From Cladosporium halotolerans (Eukaryota), in contig NW_027191457.1 in NCBI RefSeq assembly GCF_011745625.1, forward strand, positions 186,001-250,000: 64,000 bases of DNA, written 5' to 3'. Under the pieces are notes generated by a model. It made no database searches and had not been told where the DNA came from. It was given only the letters and a program-made list of their open reading frames with translations. Position numbers and translations under genes: made by a program. Positions 23,385 to 34,212 of the stretch are shown piece after piece; position 1 is the first letter of the stretch, and each line of letters opens with the position of its first letter.

Positions 23385-25092
23385 ATGGCGACCGTCCAGA
23401 CGACTTCCACCGACAACCCCAAGGATGGCTATGTCCCGCCACCACGCTCGCCGAAGGACCGCCGGTTCTCGAGCTCCAAGGAGCCTACCAACAATGGTAC
23501 GTGCTTCACCGATCCAATAACTCCTGGACAGCTCAGCATGATATGCCAAACCAGCTGGCTGGTGCAAACAAGGAAAGAGTCATGATCAGCAAATAATGCT
23601 GCGGCCCTATTTATTTACCGCAGGATGGGGGCCGTAGCCTGCAGTCCAGATCTAAACCAGCATACTTAGGACCGCCCATTTGAAGAGTAGAATGAAAAGG
23701 CTGACGGAGCAAATCAAAGAGATTCGTTCTTCCATGCACAGGCAGTTCCGTACTGCTCACGAAGGCCACAAACCCCATGCCGGACTCGACCCTTCTCGTG
23801 CCAGCACTGGTGTCGTCTGGACCACTGAGCGTGCCTACGAGCATGGCTACCTCGAAGACCCTTCTTCATGGGCAAACCTGGGTCAGGGAGCCCCGGAGGT
23901 CGACGACGATATCGAAGGCTGCTTCGAGCGCCCTTCGCACATCGACATCACCATGACCGGCCGTGAATACGGCCCTACGGCCGGTATTAAGCCTCTGAGA
24001 GACGCTGTCGCCAAGCTCTACAACGAGCACCACCGCAAGGACAAAGTCAGCAAGTACACCTGGGAAAACGTGGCAATCGTCCCCGGTGGCCGCGCTGGTC
24101 TCATCCGTATCGCCGCCGTGCTCGGCAATGCCTACCTGGGCTTTTTCATTCCGGACTACACAGCGTACAACGAGATGCTGGGTCTGTTCAAGAACTTTGC
24201 GTCCATCCCTATCCCCCTCCTCCGCGAGGATGGCTACCACATCCACTCGGAGAACATCGCCGCTGAAATCGCCCGCGGCACCAGTGTCATCCTGACCTCC
24301 AACCCGCGCAACCCGACCGGCCGCACGCTGACCAACCCTGAGCTGGCCAAGGTGCAGGACATCTGCCGCGACCGCGCGACGCTGATCATGGACGAGTTCT
24401 ACGGCGGATACAACTACACCTCCGACTGCGACGGCACCGTCGTTAGCGCGGCGGACAACATCGACGACGTCGACGAAGACGACGTGCTCATCATCGACGG
24501 CCTGACCAAGCGCTTCCGCCTGCCCGGCTGGCGCGTCGCCTGGATCGTCGGCCCGAAGGAGTTCATCAAGGCCATCGGCTCCTGCGGCTCCTACCTCGAC
24601 GGCGGCACCAACGTGCCCTTCCAGGAGGCCGCCATCCCCATGCTCGAGCCCACCAAGGTCCGCAACGAAATGCGCGCCCTGCAGACGCACTTCCGCGACA
24701 AGCGCGACTACGTCCTCGGCCGCCTGCGCGACATGGGCTTCCGCCTGGACTACACGCCGGACTCGACGTTCTACATCTGGCTCAACCTCGGCGACCTGCC
24801 GCACGAGATCAACGACGGTCTGAACTTCTTCCAGGCCTGCTTGCAGGAGAAGGTCATCGTCGTGCCGGGCATTTTCTTCGATCTCAACCCCAGCAAGCGT
24901 AGGGATCTGTTCGATAGCCCCTGCCATCACTTTGTTCGTGTGAGCTACGGGCCGAAGGTAGGTTTTCTATTGTATCATTCGGGTCAAGACGCTGACTTTG
25001 ACACTTCACAGATGGAGACCCTCAAGGCGGGCATGGACGGCTTCGAGCGCGTGCTCAAGAAGTACAATGCTTTCCCGGAGCGCAGGAAGTAG
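23385..25092 (+). CDS. PLP-dependent aminotransferase class I/II (aspartate aminotransferase-like)
   Basis: Exon 1 23385-23497, intron 23498-23719 (CTGAC..AAG), exon 2 to 24957, intron 24958-25011, last exon to 25092. Motifs ANLGQGAPE, YGPTAG, SNPRNPTG, MDEFY and GLTKRFRLPGWRVAW (PLP lysine). Confidence 0.93.
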
Positions 25093-25356
25093 GCTGATCG
25101 AGCGCCGAGAATTGTTACCTAGACGATACAGGTAGAGTGGGGCTGTGAGGTAGACGCGTGGAAGGGATTCAAGACTTGATACAGTAGATAAACACAGGTC
25201 CATAGACCAGAATCACACCGCGATTCTGCGCAGTTTCAGCCGCTTTGTTTTGCCGTTCTCCCAAAATCGACCGTAACTCCTCGCTAAAATCAAAATCGCC
25301 AAGCAGCCAACCCGGCTTTTCGCCGTCAACCACGCACGAAGAACCCAGCCAATCCA

Positions 25357-26208
25357 CTACTTTTTGTAATCCCGCAGGATGCCCATCATATGCAAGTTAG
25401 TCGTCTTGCCACCCCTGCGGTTCACCCGCTTCTTCTCCTTCTTCTGGATCGTCCCCTTCTTCACCTCCTTCACCTGGCTCGTGGGCGTCAAATTTGCCCT
25501 CTCCAGCTCCGCGCGCAGCTCCGCCTCGCTCGCGGGCAGCTTGCACTTGCCCCAGAAATCCACAAAGTCGCCGTCCATGTGCACGTAGAACTGCGGCGAG
25601 TCCGGGTAGACGGTCTTGGGCGCGTTGTCCTTCTTCTGCCGCAGCAGCAGCACCTCGTGCTTGGCGGCGAGGTCTTCCAGCGCGGGCACGCACGCCGGCC
25701 AGCCGTCCTTGAGCTCGCGCACGGGGATGCCGGCGGCGGTCGGGAGGCTGGCGAGGTAGGATTTGAGCTCGTCCGCGTCCGTCACGGGGTGCTGCGGGTT
25801 GTAGCGGAAGGTCTCTTTGCCCGCAGGCGATTCGTGCTTGGGGACGACGGCGATGCGGTCGTGGTTCTCGAGCGCGCGCCGGATCAGTGGCGTGTGCTTT
25901 TGGAGGTCGCTGGGCAGCGAGAGGAAGTTGAGGATGTCGGGGAGCGTGGAGGCGACCGGAAATTTGTCCTTCAGGTATTGGACTGCGTAGACCATGTGTG
26001 TCATGATTTCGGCGCCCGCGCTGCTGGATTTGCCGCCGGGGAGGGGCGCGGAGGCTGGCGTGGCTGATTCGCGCGGTCGCTTGTTGCCTGGTTGGGGGGT
26101 GGAGGTGCGTGCGGGCGTGGATGCGGTTGGGCGCGAGGAGGAGGCATTGCGGGATGCGGCGTCTGACATCTCCGACTTGAATTTCTGCATGCTAGCGGCG
26201 AGAGACAT
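25357..26208 (-). CDS. TFA2: Transcription initiation factor IIE beta subunit
   Basis: Winged-helix motifs THMVYAVQYLK, FRYNPQH, GIPVRELKDGWP and DFVDFW, and C-terminal KKRVNRRGGKTTNLHMMGILRDY. The start is taken at ATG 26208. Confidence 0.93.
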   Translation of the reverse strand: MSLAASMQKFKSEMSDAASRNASSSRPTASTPARTSTPQPGNKRPRESATPASAPLPGGKSSSAGAEIMTHMVYAVQYLKDKFPVASTLPDILNFLSLPSDLQKHTPLIRRALENHDRIAVVPKHESPAGKETFRYNPQHPVTDADELKSYLASLPTAAGIPVRELKDGWPACVPALEDLAAKHEVLLLRQKKDNAPKTVYPDSPQFYVHMDGDFVDFWGKCKLPASEAELRAELERANLTPTSQVKEVKKGTIQKKEKKRVNRRGGKTTNLHMMGILRDYKK

Positions 26209-26804
26209 GGTTGCGGTGTTGGTGGTTGTAGATGGTGGATATGACGGCGGCGGTCGCGGCGGGAAGTGGCCCAGAGGGTTCAACAAAGAGTTCTGGGCGA
26301 TGCGACAGGCGGAGGTGTTGGGTTTGCTGTAGAAGCTGGTATTTGCGTGTTGGCGATCAAGAATGGTCCACCAGTGAGCTACGCAGACGAGTCGGACTGA
26401 GAGGTTGCGGGTGGTGGTGGGCGAAGATGGGTTGCGCAGGATGAAGTGATGTCGGGAGGGCGGCGCTGCCTTTCACTGCCGCCGCTGTCACATGGATGTC
26501 CTCACGTCCAAAGCCAAAAGCCGCCCGCGCTTTGAAGCTTGGTCGGCCTGCAAGCGTGCACGGACTCGGCTGCTCCCGCCAGCCGCATTCGATCATTAGA
26601 AGTCGCGTCCGGCGATGCGGCTTCCTCAAAGCAACTGCGACCCGCCAGGCAACGCCGACTGCGTTCGCGACTTTTCTGGCTGCAGCACCCTTTCACTCAT
26701 TCATCGCTTCTGCTACACCCTCGGCGATCGCTAGTGGACACGACTCACCCGACAAGTAATCCAGCGATGGTGTAGGAGACCGACGTAAATAGCAAATCGC
26801 GAAC

Positions 26805-29800
26805 ATGAGAACACGCGCGAGAGCTGCGGACACGGCAGCTGTCGACGTGCCCTACCTGGCTACTACCTACGAATACGCCGAAGACGACATCCAGGCCTTA
26901 CTCGACTCTCCCACAGCCGAGCTTGTCAACCAATTTCTGACCTCACTTTCCACGAAGGCACATGAATTCGAAGAGCTAAAGGCGGAGAAGCTTAGAGTCG
27001 ATGTTGAGCTTGAGAACACGGTTCGCACATCGGAGACGAAGGTGAAGGCCCAGAAAGCCACCGTCACGAAGCATGCGAAGGAAATCGAGGAGCTGCGCGT
27101 CAAATTAAACGAGGCGGAGGGTGCACGTGAGGCCTTGTCGAGTGAGCTTGACAACTTGAAGAGTACGTCCTCGACTTCAGGAGCAGAGGTGCAGACACTC
27201 AAGCAAAGGATTGAAACTTTGGAGGCTTCGAGCCGTGACGCTCTCGCGCTTGTCGAGAGCAAATCCACTGAGAAGGACCGTCTCGCCAATGAGCTGAGTG
27301 AGCAACACACCAAGCTGCTGTCGCTGCGCCGAGAAGTCAGCCAGCTTGAGGAGCGCAACCAATCTCTGGAGAATGCAGCCTCTTCTCAGAAATTCAAGGA
27401 GCAATCCCTACAGCAGGAGATTGATCTGCTGAAGCGCAACAATGAATGGCACAGCAACGAACTGCAGACCCGGACCCAAGAGCACGGAAAGTTCAGGAAA
27501 GAGAGGAATGCCCGCATCTCCTCTCTTCAGCGTGAGCTCGAGGAGAGCAATGCTTCTGTGGAGGCCCTGCAGCGCACGGAAACAACGTTGAGACAGCGAC
27601 TGGAAGAACTACAAGGCAAGGCCGACGAGGCATTTGCTCGAAATGCAAGCTTGCAAGACGATTTTGCAAGAAAAGAGCAGGAGTTCCGTAATCAGATTGA
27701 TGGCCAAAAGCGTCTCGCCGACCTCCAGGCCCAAAGTGCTGCGACTCACAAGGCACGCTTGCAGGATGTACAAGCTCAAGTCGATCAGATCAAGGATGAT
27801 GCCGCGGATGAGATTGGAAAGTTGCAGGCCGAGATTGAGACTGAACGCTCGGACAAGGAGCAGGCAGAGCAAAGAATTGCAGATCTCGAGCTGCAAGTCG
27901 AGCGCCTCGAGCAGCAGCCCCGTGCTTCTGTACCAGGCACACCCACACGCAATGGCGGTCTCGATCCTTCGACACCTAGCAAGTTCGGATCTCCCGCTGT
28001 CCCCGGCTCTGCTCAAAAGCTTGCGCGCAATCTCTCGCACACTCAACTCTACAGCCAATACGTGGAGACCAAGGAAGCTTTGACTCAGGAGGAACACAGA
28101 TGCAGCAAGCTGCAGTCGGCTCTCGACGAACTCATTCAGGAATTTGAGACGCGCGCCCCCGAGATCGGTGAGCTGCGCCAGGAACAGGACCGTCTCGCGA
28201 ACGAGGTTCTCGAATACAGCCAACATCTGGAAGAGTCTGACAAGCATCGCGAGGCCGCTGTCAAAGAATCACAGCGTTGGCAGGGCGAGGCGACCGCTGC
28301 TGCTAGGGAAGGAAACATTTTGCGCCAGCAGCTCAGAGACCTCTCAACCCAAATGAAGATTCTCCTTGTCGAAGCACAGAGCAGAGAGCAAGGTCTGGGT
28401 GAAATGTCTGCGCACGAGCGTTTTGAAGTTGAGCGCGCAGCTCGTGGCGAGCTTGGGGACGATGAGCTTGACGACATGAGCAGTACAGGACGCCTCATCT
28501 CCGAGCGTCTCGTCATTTTCCGCGGCGTGTCTGAACTGCAATCTCGCAACGAACAGCTTCTCCGCTTGACGCGTGAGCTTGGCGACAAGATGGAAGGCGA
28601 GGAGGCTCGCGAAAAGGAAAGGCAGTCTGCTGCGGATGCCGCAGAGGTCGAGGAGCTCAGGCAGCAGGTTGGACGCTACAAGGACGAGCTTCAGGCGACT
28701 GCTACACAAATCAACAGCTACGTCAAGGAGCGCGACATGTTCCGCCGCATGTTGCAACATCGGGGCACTCTCCAACCTGATCAGGACATGCAGGCTATGT
28801 TCGGACAGAGCGTGATGCCAGCAACACCGCAACGAAATGGTGGAATGGAACCCCCAACACCGCGCTCCAAGGATGTTGAGGACCTCAGCAAGGTACTCAA
28901 GGAGCACCAGACCTTCTTCGACCAGTTCCGCAACGAATCCAACAACGACCGCCGCATGCTCAAGGACCAGGTGGACAGTCTCGCCCGGGAGAAGGGCACT
29001 CTGCAAGCCGACGTTGCACGTAAAGACTCCCAACTTACTCTTGCTACCGAGCGCTATGAAATGCTGCAATCCAACTACAATGCTGCCCGCAACGAGAACA
29101 GCGAGCTGCAAAAACGAAGCCAGAGCATGTCTGAAAACGCGGCGAAACAGGATCTGCGTATCCAACAGGTCGCCGAAGAGCTCGTCGAGGCTCGCTCCTT
29201 GGTAGACAGCCTGCGTAATGAGAATGCGAACAGCAAGGCTGAGAAGGACTTGTGGAAGCGCATCGAATCACGCTTGACTGAAGACAACAAGGGCCTGCTT
29301 GACGAGAGGAGCCGTCTCAACAAGCTTGTGTCGGACTTGCAGAACCTGCAAAACGAACGTGAGCTTGCTGAGTCCGAGACGAGGCGTCGTTTGCAAGGCC
29401 GCGTTGATTCGCTCGAGGCCGAGCTTACCGAGTCGAAGAAGAAGCTCGAGACCGAAATTGAAGACAGCCGCAAGGCTTCATTGCGCCGCGAGTACGAAGA
29501 GAACCAGAGCCGCACTCGCATCGATGATCTCGTCAAGTCTCTTGGCAATTTTAGAGAGGAACTCGTTGCAGCGAAGACTGCCCGTGATCAGCTACAGAGC
29601 AGGGTCGACGATATGAAGATCGAGCTGCGTTCTGCCGAAGAGAAGGTCACCGCCCTGCAACCCAGGCCAACACCTCGCGCGGACAATGGCGGCGAGCAGA
29701 ATGACGACGAGGAGCTCTCGGCTGAGCAACGCCTGGCGATCGAGGTCTCCGATCTGAAGCGTGATATTGAGCATGCGAAGTCTGAGCTTGAAAGCGCCAG

Positions 29801-32800
29801 AGAGCAGGTGGAGCAGTACAAGAACATCGCCCAGTCTGCTGAAGAAGAGCTGGCAAGCTTCAATGAGACAAGCGTCCAATACCGTGAAGAGACCGATCGC
29901 ATTGCTGCCGACAAGGACCAGCGCATCAAGCAGCTCGAGCAGCGCATTGAGGACCTCATAGAGGAGCTCTCCACCAGCAATGCTGAACTGTCCGATCTTC
30001 GCACGAAGCATGACGACTTCACGCGCGTCCTCAATGAGCAAAAGGCCTCGTCTGATGCCGAACTTACCCGCCTTCGCGATGACGCAGAGAAACACGCAGA
30101 AGAGAAGAAGCTCTATCAGGAGGATCTCAAAGCCCAGGCCGAGATCGCACAACAAGCGCAGCAGTCCTACGAAGACGAACTCCTCAAGCATGCAGAAGCG
30201 GCCAGGAGCTTGCAGAGCGTACGCAGCGAATACAACGAGCTCCGCACCGAGGTTGCCGGTGTGCGTGCCGAGGCGGAGGCAGCAAAGGCGAGCCTGGAGC
30301 GCGGTGAGGAGAGCTGGACAGAGCAGAAGGAAGCCTTCGAGCGTGAGCTTGAAGATATGAAGACGAGGCGGAGGGCGCTCGATGAGCAGAACAAGCTCCT
30401 CCACCAACAGATGGAGTCATTCTCTGCTGAACTTCAGGCCTTGAGGCAAGGACGCGTGGTTCCTACCCCTGCCGAAGGCGAAGAGGCAGGCTCGCCTGCC
30501 CCGGGCAGTGAGGCAGGTAGCCTCCAGGAAGTCATCAAGTACCTGCGCCGTGAAAAGGAGATCGTCGATGTACAGTACGAGCTGTCCATCCAGGAATCCA
30601 AGCGCCTCCAGCAGCAGCTTGACTACGCAAACGGTCAACTTGACGACGTCCGCCAGAAACTCGCCGAGGAGCGCAGGCAATCTTCTGACCGTCTGGCCAC
30701 CGAAGGAAGCACCACCAAGCTCATGCAAACCATCAACGAGCTTAACTTGTACCGCGAGAGCTCAACAACACTTCGCAACGAGGCTCGCCAGGCTCGCGAG
30801 AAGCTCGAAGAGAAGAGCGCTGAGATTGAGCGTCTTGTCGCCGAAATCGACCCGCTCAAGGTTCGTGTCGGTGAGCTCGAGGGCGAGCTGGAGAGCAAGG
30901 AAGGCGAGATGAAGCTGCTTCAGGACGACCGCGACCACTGGCGCGAGCGCACGCAGAACATCATCTCCAAGTACGATCGCGTTGACCCTGCGGAACTCGA
31001 GGAAATGAAGAAGCAACTGGAGGCTTTGAAGGAGGAGAAGGAGCGCTTGGAGGCTGAGCAGGCACCAATGAAGGAAGAGATTGAAGGTTTTGAAGATCGC
31101 CTTACCGCCGCGAAGGAAGAGGCAGCGAAGGGCCTCAGCGACCGCCTGGAGAAGTTCAAGGAGCAGGCCAAAGAGCAGAACCGCAAGCAGAACTCACGCC
31201 TGTCGGAGCACAAGGCTACCATCGAAACCGCCCAAGCTGAGCAGGCTAGACTGAACGGTGAACTCGAGACTGTCAAGGCCGAGCTTGAGCAGACGAAGAC
31301 TGCCCGCGACGAGGCTGTCGCCAGAGCTGAGGCCGCTGAGAAGTCGAACAATGAGCAAGGTCAGGTCGCCGATGCCGGCGAGGAGCATGCTCAATTGCAC
31401 GCGCGCATCGCCGAGGCTGAGACTCAGGCAGCTGACCATGCCGCTCGTGCTGAAGCTTCTACCGCCGAAGTCCAGACTCTTCAGACTCGTGTACAGGAGC
31501 TTGAGGGCCAGGTCGCCAGTCTTCAATCTGAGCTTGAGGCTGCCAAAGCCAATACCAACACCGGCGGCGAAGATGAAGGCGAGATCAACGAGACTGCAGG
31601 CGACGGGCAGGCGTTGGAGAAGCTCAGGCAGGAGCTTGTCGCTGCTCAGCAGGAGGTTGAGACCCTTCGTGCCAACGCTGCCTCTTCTAGCGCACAAGAA
31701 GACGCACCAATGGCTAACGCAGAGCCTGCTGCTGGGGAGAAATCAGTCTCCGAGCAGGTCGCTGAAGAGGTCGAACGCCTGCGATCCGAGATGGAGTCTC
31801 AGCACCAAGTGTCCATCAAGCAAGTCGAAGAGGCCTGCGAGAAGAAGATTCAGTCGATGAAGAACAATCTCACTCGCCAGCTCAAGGATGGACGCGAGAA
31901 GATGCGTGAGGAATTGACTACCGAGATTCGCCAACAGCTTGTCTCGGAGCACGAAGTCGAAGTCCAGAAGCTCAAGGACGAACAAGCTTCCACCATCGAA
32001 ACCCTGAAGAAGGAGCACGAGGCTGAGCTCGAACGCCTGACCAAGGAAGGCGGTGCTGCCGTTCAGGCTGCTGAGAACAAGGAACAACAGACTGTCAAGG
32101 CTGAAAGGGCTACTGAGCAGCCTCAACAGGGCGGTCTGCCCGATGTCACTGACGAGCAGGCCATGGAATTGCTCAAGACTAACGCTCGTCTGCGTGCTAT
32201 CTTCACCAACAACCTGAAGAAGGCTGTTGCCAAGGATACCGAGCCGCTCAACCAAAAGATCGCCGAGAAGGACGCTGAAATCGCCCGTCTCACTTCTGAG
32301 CTCGAGTCCGCTCGTGCCGCGGTTGCCAGCCTTGCTTCAGGCGGTGGAGACGCACCGGAGAGCAACACTGCTGAGATCGAGGAGCTCAAGAGCAAGCTCG
32401 AGGCCGCGCAGAAGGAGAAGGACGCCGCTGTCAAGCAGGCCATCGAGAACGCCGAGAAGAAGACCAAGGTCCAGATCAGCCAGCGTGACATCGCCCAAGC
32501 GAAGATCGCGGTCGTCATCAAGGCCGCCCAAGAGACTCCCGAGAAGGGTGTGGGCGAGGTTTGGGAAGTCGCAAAGGCTGCCAAACCAGCTCCCAAGGCT
32601 GCGCCCCCGACTCCCAAGCCTGCCGGTGTTCAGTCCCCGGCTACTGCGCAGGCTGTCCCTGCTGCTCCCGCTGCCCCTCAAACTCAAGCACAGCCCGATC
32701 AGGATAGCGAACAGGCGAAGCTGCAGGCTAGGCAAGCAAGATTCGGCGCTCCGTCTGGTTCTCCCGTTGCAGGCACTTTCGGCCAGGCTAGCAGTCCAGC

Positions 32801-33341
32801 CCCCGGCATGCAAGCGCCTGCCTCTAATTTCGGTCAACCGAGCTTCGGCCAGCCCAGCCAGGGCGCTCAACCCTTCGGCACCCCGGGCATGCAGCAGCAG
32901 CAATTTCCTCGACCCAGCTTCTCCCAAGCCGGACCAGGCACACCGCCCAATCCGAACGCGCCATCCTTCACCCCGAACGCAGGCAACCAGGCAGCAGGCG
33001 AACACAGGCCATCCGTCGGCACCGGCCCGGCTGCTCTGCGCGGCATGAGCAGCGGTATCCCCGGCCCAGGCGGTTCCCGACTCCCTCGCGGCGGCGCAAG
33101 CGGCATCGCTAGGGGCGGTGCGCAGGGCGGCGCGCAAGGCATCAGCGTCCAGGGCGCCGCGGCTGGCGGTCGCGGAGGCCAAGCGAGTGGACTGCCGAGA
33201 GGTGGCGCCAGCCAGATCGGCCGTGGAGGTCGCGGTGGCGGTCGTGGAGGCCCTGGTGGGCAGGGCATCAAGAGAGGCTTGGACGGCGCGCCTGGTGGGG
33301 GGGATGAGAAGAGACAGAGGGGTGGTGGACCGAGTGCGTGA
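26805..33341 (+). CDS. MLP1: Nuclear basket coiled-coil nucleoporin Mlp1/TPR
   Basis: 2178-aa single-exon coiled coil with TPR/Mlp motifs (ISERLVIFRGVSELQSRNEQLLRLTREL, ERDMFRRML, AQQSYEDELLKHAEA, VIKYLRREKEIVD, NELNLYRESSTTLRNE, WRERTQNIISKYDRVDP) and a disordered RGG tail. Confidence 0.95.
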   Translation: MRTRARAADTAAVDVPYLATTYEYAEDDIQALLDSPTAELVNQFLTSLSTKAHEFEELKAEKLRVDVELENTVRTSETKVKAQKATVTKHAKEIEELRVKLNEAEGAREALSSELDNLKSTSSTSGAEVQTLKQRIETLEASSRDALALVESKSTEKDRLANELSEQHTKLLSLRREVSQLEERNQSLENAASSQKFKEQSLQQEIDLLKRNNEWHSNELQTRTQEHGKFRKERNARISSLQRELEESNASVEALQRTETTLRQRLEELQGKADEAFARNASLQDDFARKEQEFRNQIDGQKRLADLQAQSAATHKARLQDVQAQVDQIKDDAADEIGKLQAEIETERSDKEQAEQRIADLELQVERLEQQPRASVPGTPTRNGGLDPSTPSKFGSPAVPGSAQKLARNLSHTQLYSQYVETKEALTQEEHRCSKLQSALDELIQEFETRAPEIGELRQEQDRLANEVLEYSQHLEESDKHREAAVKESQRWQGEATAAAREGNILRQQLRDLSTQMKILLVEAQSREQGLGEMSAHERFEVERAARGELGDDELDDMSSTGRLISERLVIFRGVSELQSRNEQLLRLTRELGDKMEGEEAREKERQSAADAAEVEELRQQVGRYKDELQATATQINSYVKERDMFRRMLQHRGTLQPDQDMQAMFGQSVMPATPQRNGGMEPPTPRSKDVEDLSKVLKEHQTFFDQFRNESNNDRRMLKDQVDSLAREKGTLQADVARKDSQLTLATERYEMLQSNYNAARNENSELQKRSQSMSENAAKQDLRIQQVAEELVEARSLVDSLRNENANSKAEKDLWKRIESRLTEDNKGLLDERSRLNKLVSDLQNLQNERELAESETRRRLQGRVDSLEAELTESKKKLETEIEDSRKASLRREYEENQSRTRIDDLVKSLGNFREELVAAKTARDQLQSRVDDMKIELRSAEEKVTALQPRPTPRADNGGEQNDDEELSAEQRLAIEVSDLKRDIEHAKSELESAREQVEQYKNIAQSAEEELASFNETSVQYREETDRIAADKDQRIKQLEQRIEDLIEELSTSNAELSDLRTKHDDFTRVLNEQKASSDAELTRLRDDAEKHAEEKKLYQEDLKAQAEIAQQAQQSYEDELLKHAEAARSLQSVRSEYNELRTEVAGVRAEAEAAKASLERGEESWTEQKEAFERELEDMKTRRRALDEQNKLLHQQMESFSAELQALRQGRVVPTPAEGEEAGSPAPGSEAGSLQEVIKYLRREKEIVDVQYELSIQESKRLQQQLDYANGQLDDVRQKLAEERRQSSDRLATEGSTTKLMQTINELNLYRESSTTLRNEARQAREKLEEKSAEIERLVAEIDPLKVRVGELEGELESKEGEMKLLQDDRDHWRERTQNIISKYDRVDPAELEEMKKQLEALKEEKERLEAEQAPMKEEIEGFEDRLTAAKEEAAKGLSDRLEKFKEQAKEQNRKQNSRLSEHKATIETAQAEQARLNGELETVKAELEQTKTARDEAVARAEAAEKSNNEQGQVADAGEEHAQLHARIAEAETQAADHAARAEASTAEVQTLQTRVQELEGQVASLQSELEAAKANTNTGGEDEGEINETAGDGQALEKLRQELVAAQQEVETLRANAASSSAQEDAPMANAEPAAGEKSVSEQVAEEVERLRSEMESQHQVSIKQVEEACEKKIQSMKNNLTRQLKDGREKMREELTTEIRQQLVSEHEVEVQKLKDEQASTIETLKKEHEAELERLTKEGGAAVQAAENKEQQTVKAERATEQPQQGGLPDVTDEQAMELLKTNARLRAIFTNNLKKAVAKDTEPLNQKIAEKDAEIARLTSELESARAAVASLASGGGDAPESNTAEIEELKSKLEAAQKEKDAAVKQAIENAEKKTKVQISQRDIAQAKIAVVIKAAQETPEKGVGEVWEVAKAAKPAPKAAPPTPKPAGVQSPATAQAVPAAPAAPQTQAQPDQDSEQAKLQARQARFGAPSGSPVAGTFGQASSPAPGMQAPASNFGQPSFGQPSQGAQPFGTPGMQQQQFPRPSFSQAGPGTPPNPNAPSFTPNAGNQAAGEHRPSVGTGPAALRGMSSGIPGPGGSRLPRGGASGIARGGAQGGAQGISVQGAAAGGRGGQASGLPRGGASQIGRGGRGGGRGGPGGQGIKRGLDGAPGGGDEKRQRGGGPSA

Positions 33342-34212
33342 GCGTGAAGGCAAGGAGGTTACTGGATGAAAGGGAAATGGCACTGGAAGCCACAGGGCTT
33401 TTTCATTGGGTCTGTATCAACATACTGAGCATGGCGTTTTTCTTTGAGTCAAATATGGGAGAGTTCGCGATGAGGTAATGGCTTGGTACTTTTTCGGGAG
33501 GATGTGAGGTTCAACTCAAATGGCTGGCTGAAGTCAACAACAAATGCATTGACTGTTCAAGAAGATTGCGAGACTGTTTTCCATTGCACATTACGAGACT
33601 TGAGCTGTGACATGGTTTGAAAAGATAGACACAGGCAGGTTTGGGTTGTTTATCGTGTTCATTCCCATTCTCATCTCTACCGCTAACGCTTCACTATTTC
33701 AAGCAAGGTTTGTTCGACTACCCGGCATCCTGTTGCTTTCTGAAGCGGTACACTTGCCCAAGGTACTCGCAAAGCATGCCGCCATGGCAGGCCGCTTCCT
33801 CTACCGCCTCGCAACGCATGCCAGTAGCCATCGCTGATACCAGACGGCGGTATGCTTCACAGATCTCATGATATCTGGGCTGAGAGATGATATCTGAAAA
33901 AAGACGGGTAATGTCAGCACTTCATACATTGCAACTTGATATCCACGCAGTCGAAAAAGACTGGAGATAAAGTCGGACCAAAGACAGGGGCTAGTTGATC
34001 TTGGGCGTTTGTAATTGATACGAGCAGGTCATGGGGTAGAAGCCGCGCTCGCCGTCCTGAAAGCATCCCGTGTGTGATTGAGGTGAGCAGGGAAGGAGAG
34101 TGCTTCACTTACAGGTCGAATTGAGTGGAGGTTGGGTTTTGGTTGTTCACGGGTGAGCGGCGGGCGATTAAGGGCTGGCAAGGTGATAAACATAGAGGAT
34201 ATGGCAAGCCAT

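Noticed and set aside
23498..23719. Long aminotransferase intron (also MEF2 intron 52554-52704) as a snoRNA host, stwintron or introner
   Set aside because: No convincing C/D or H/ACA box pair, nested splice set, or similarity between introns was seen.
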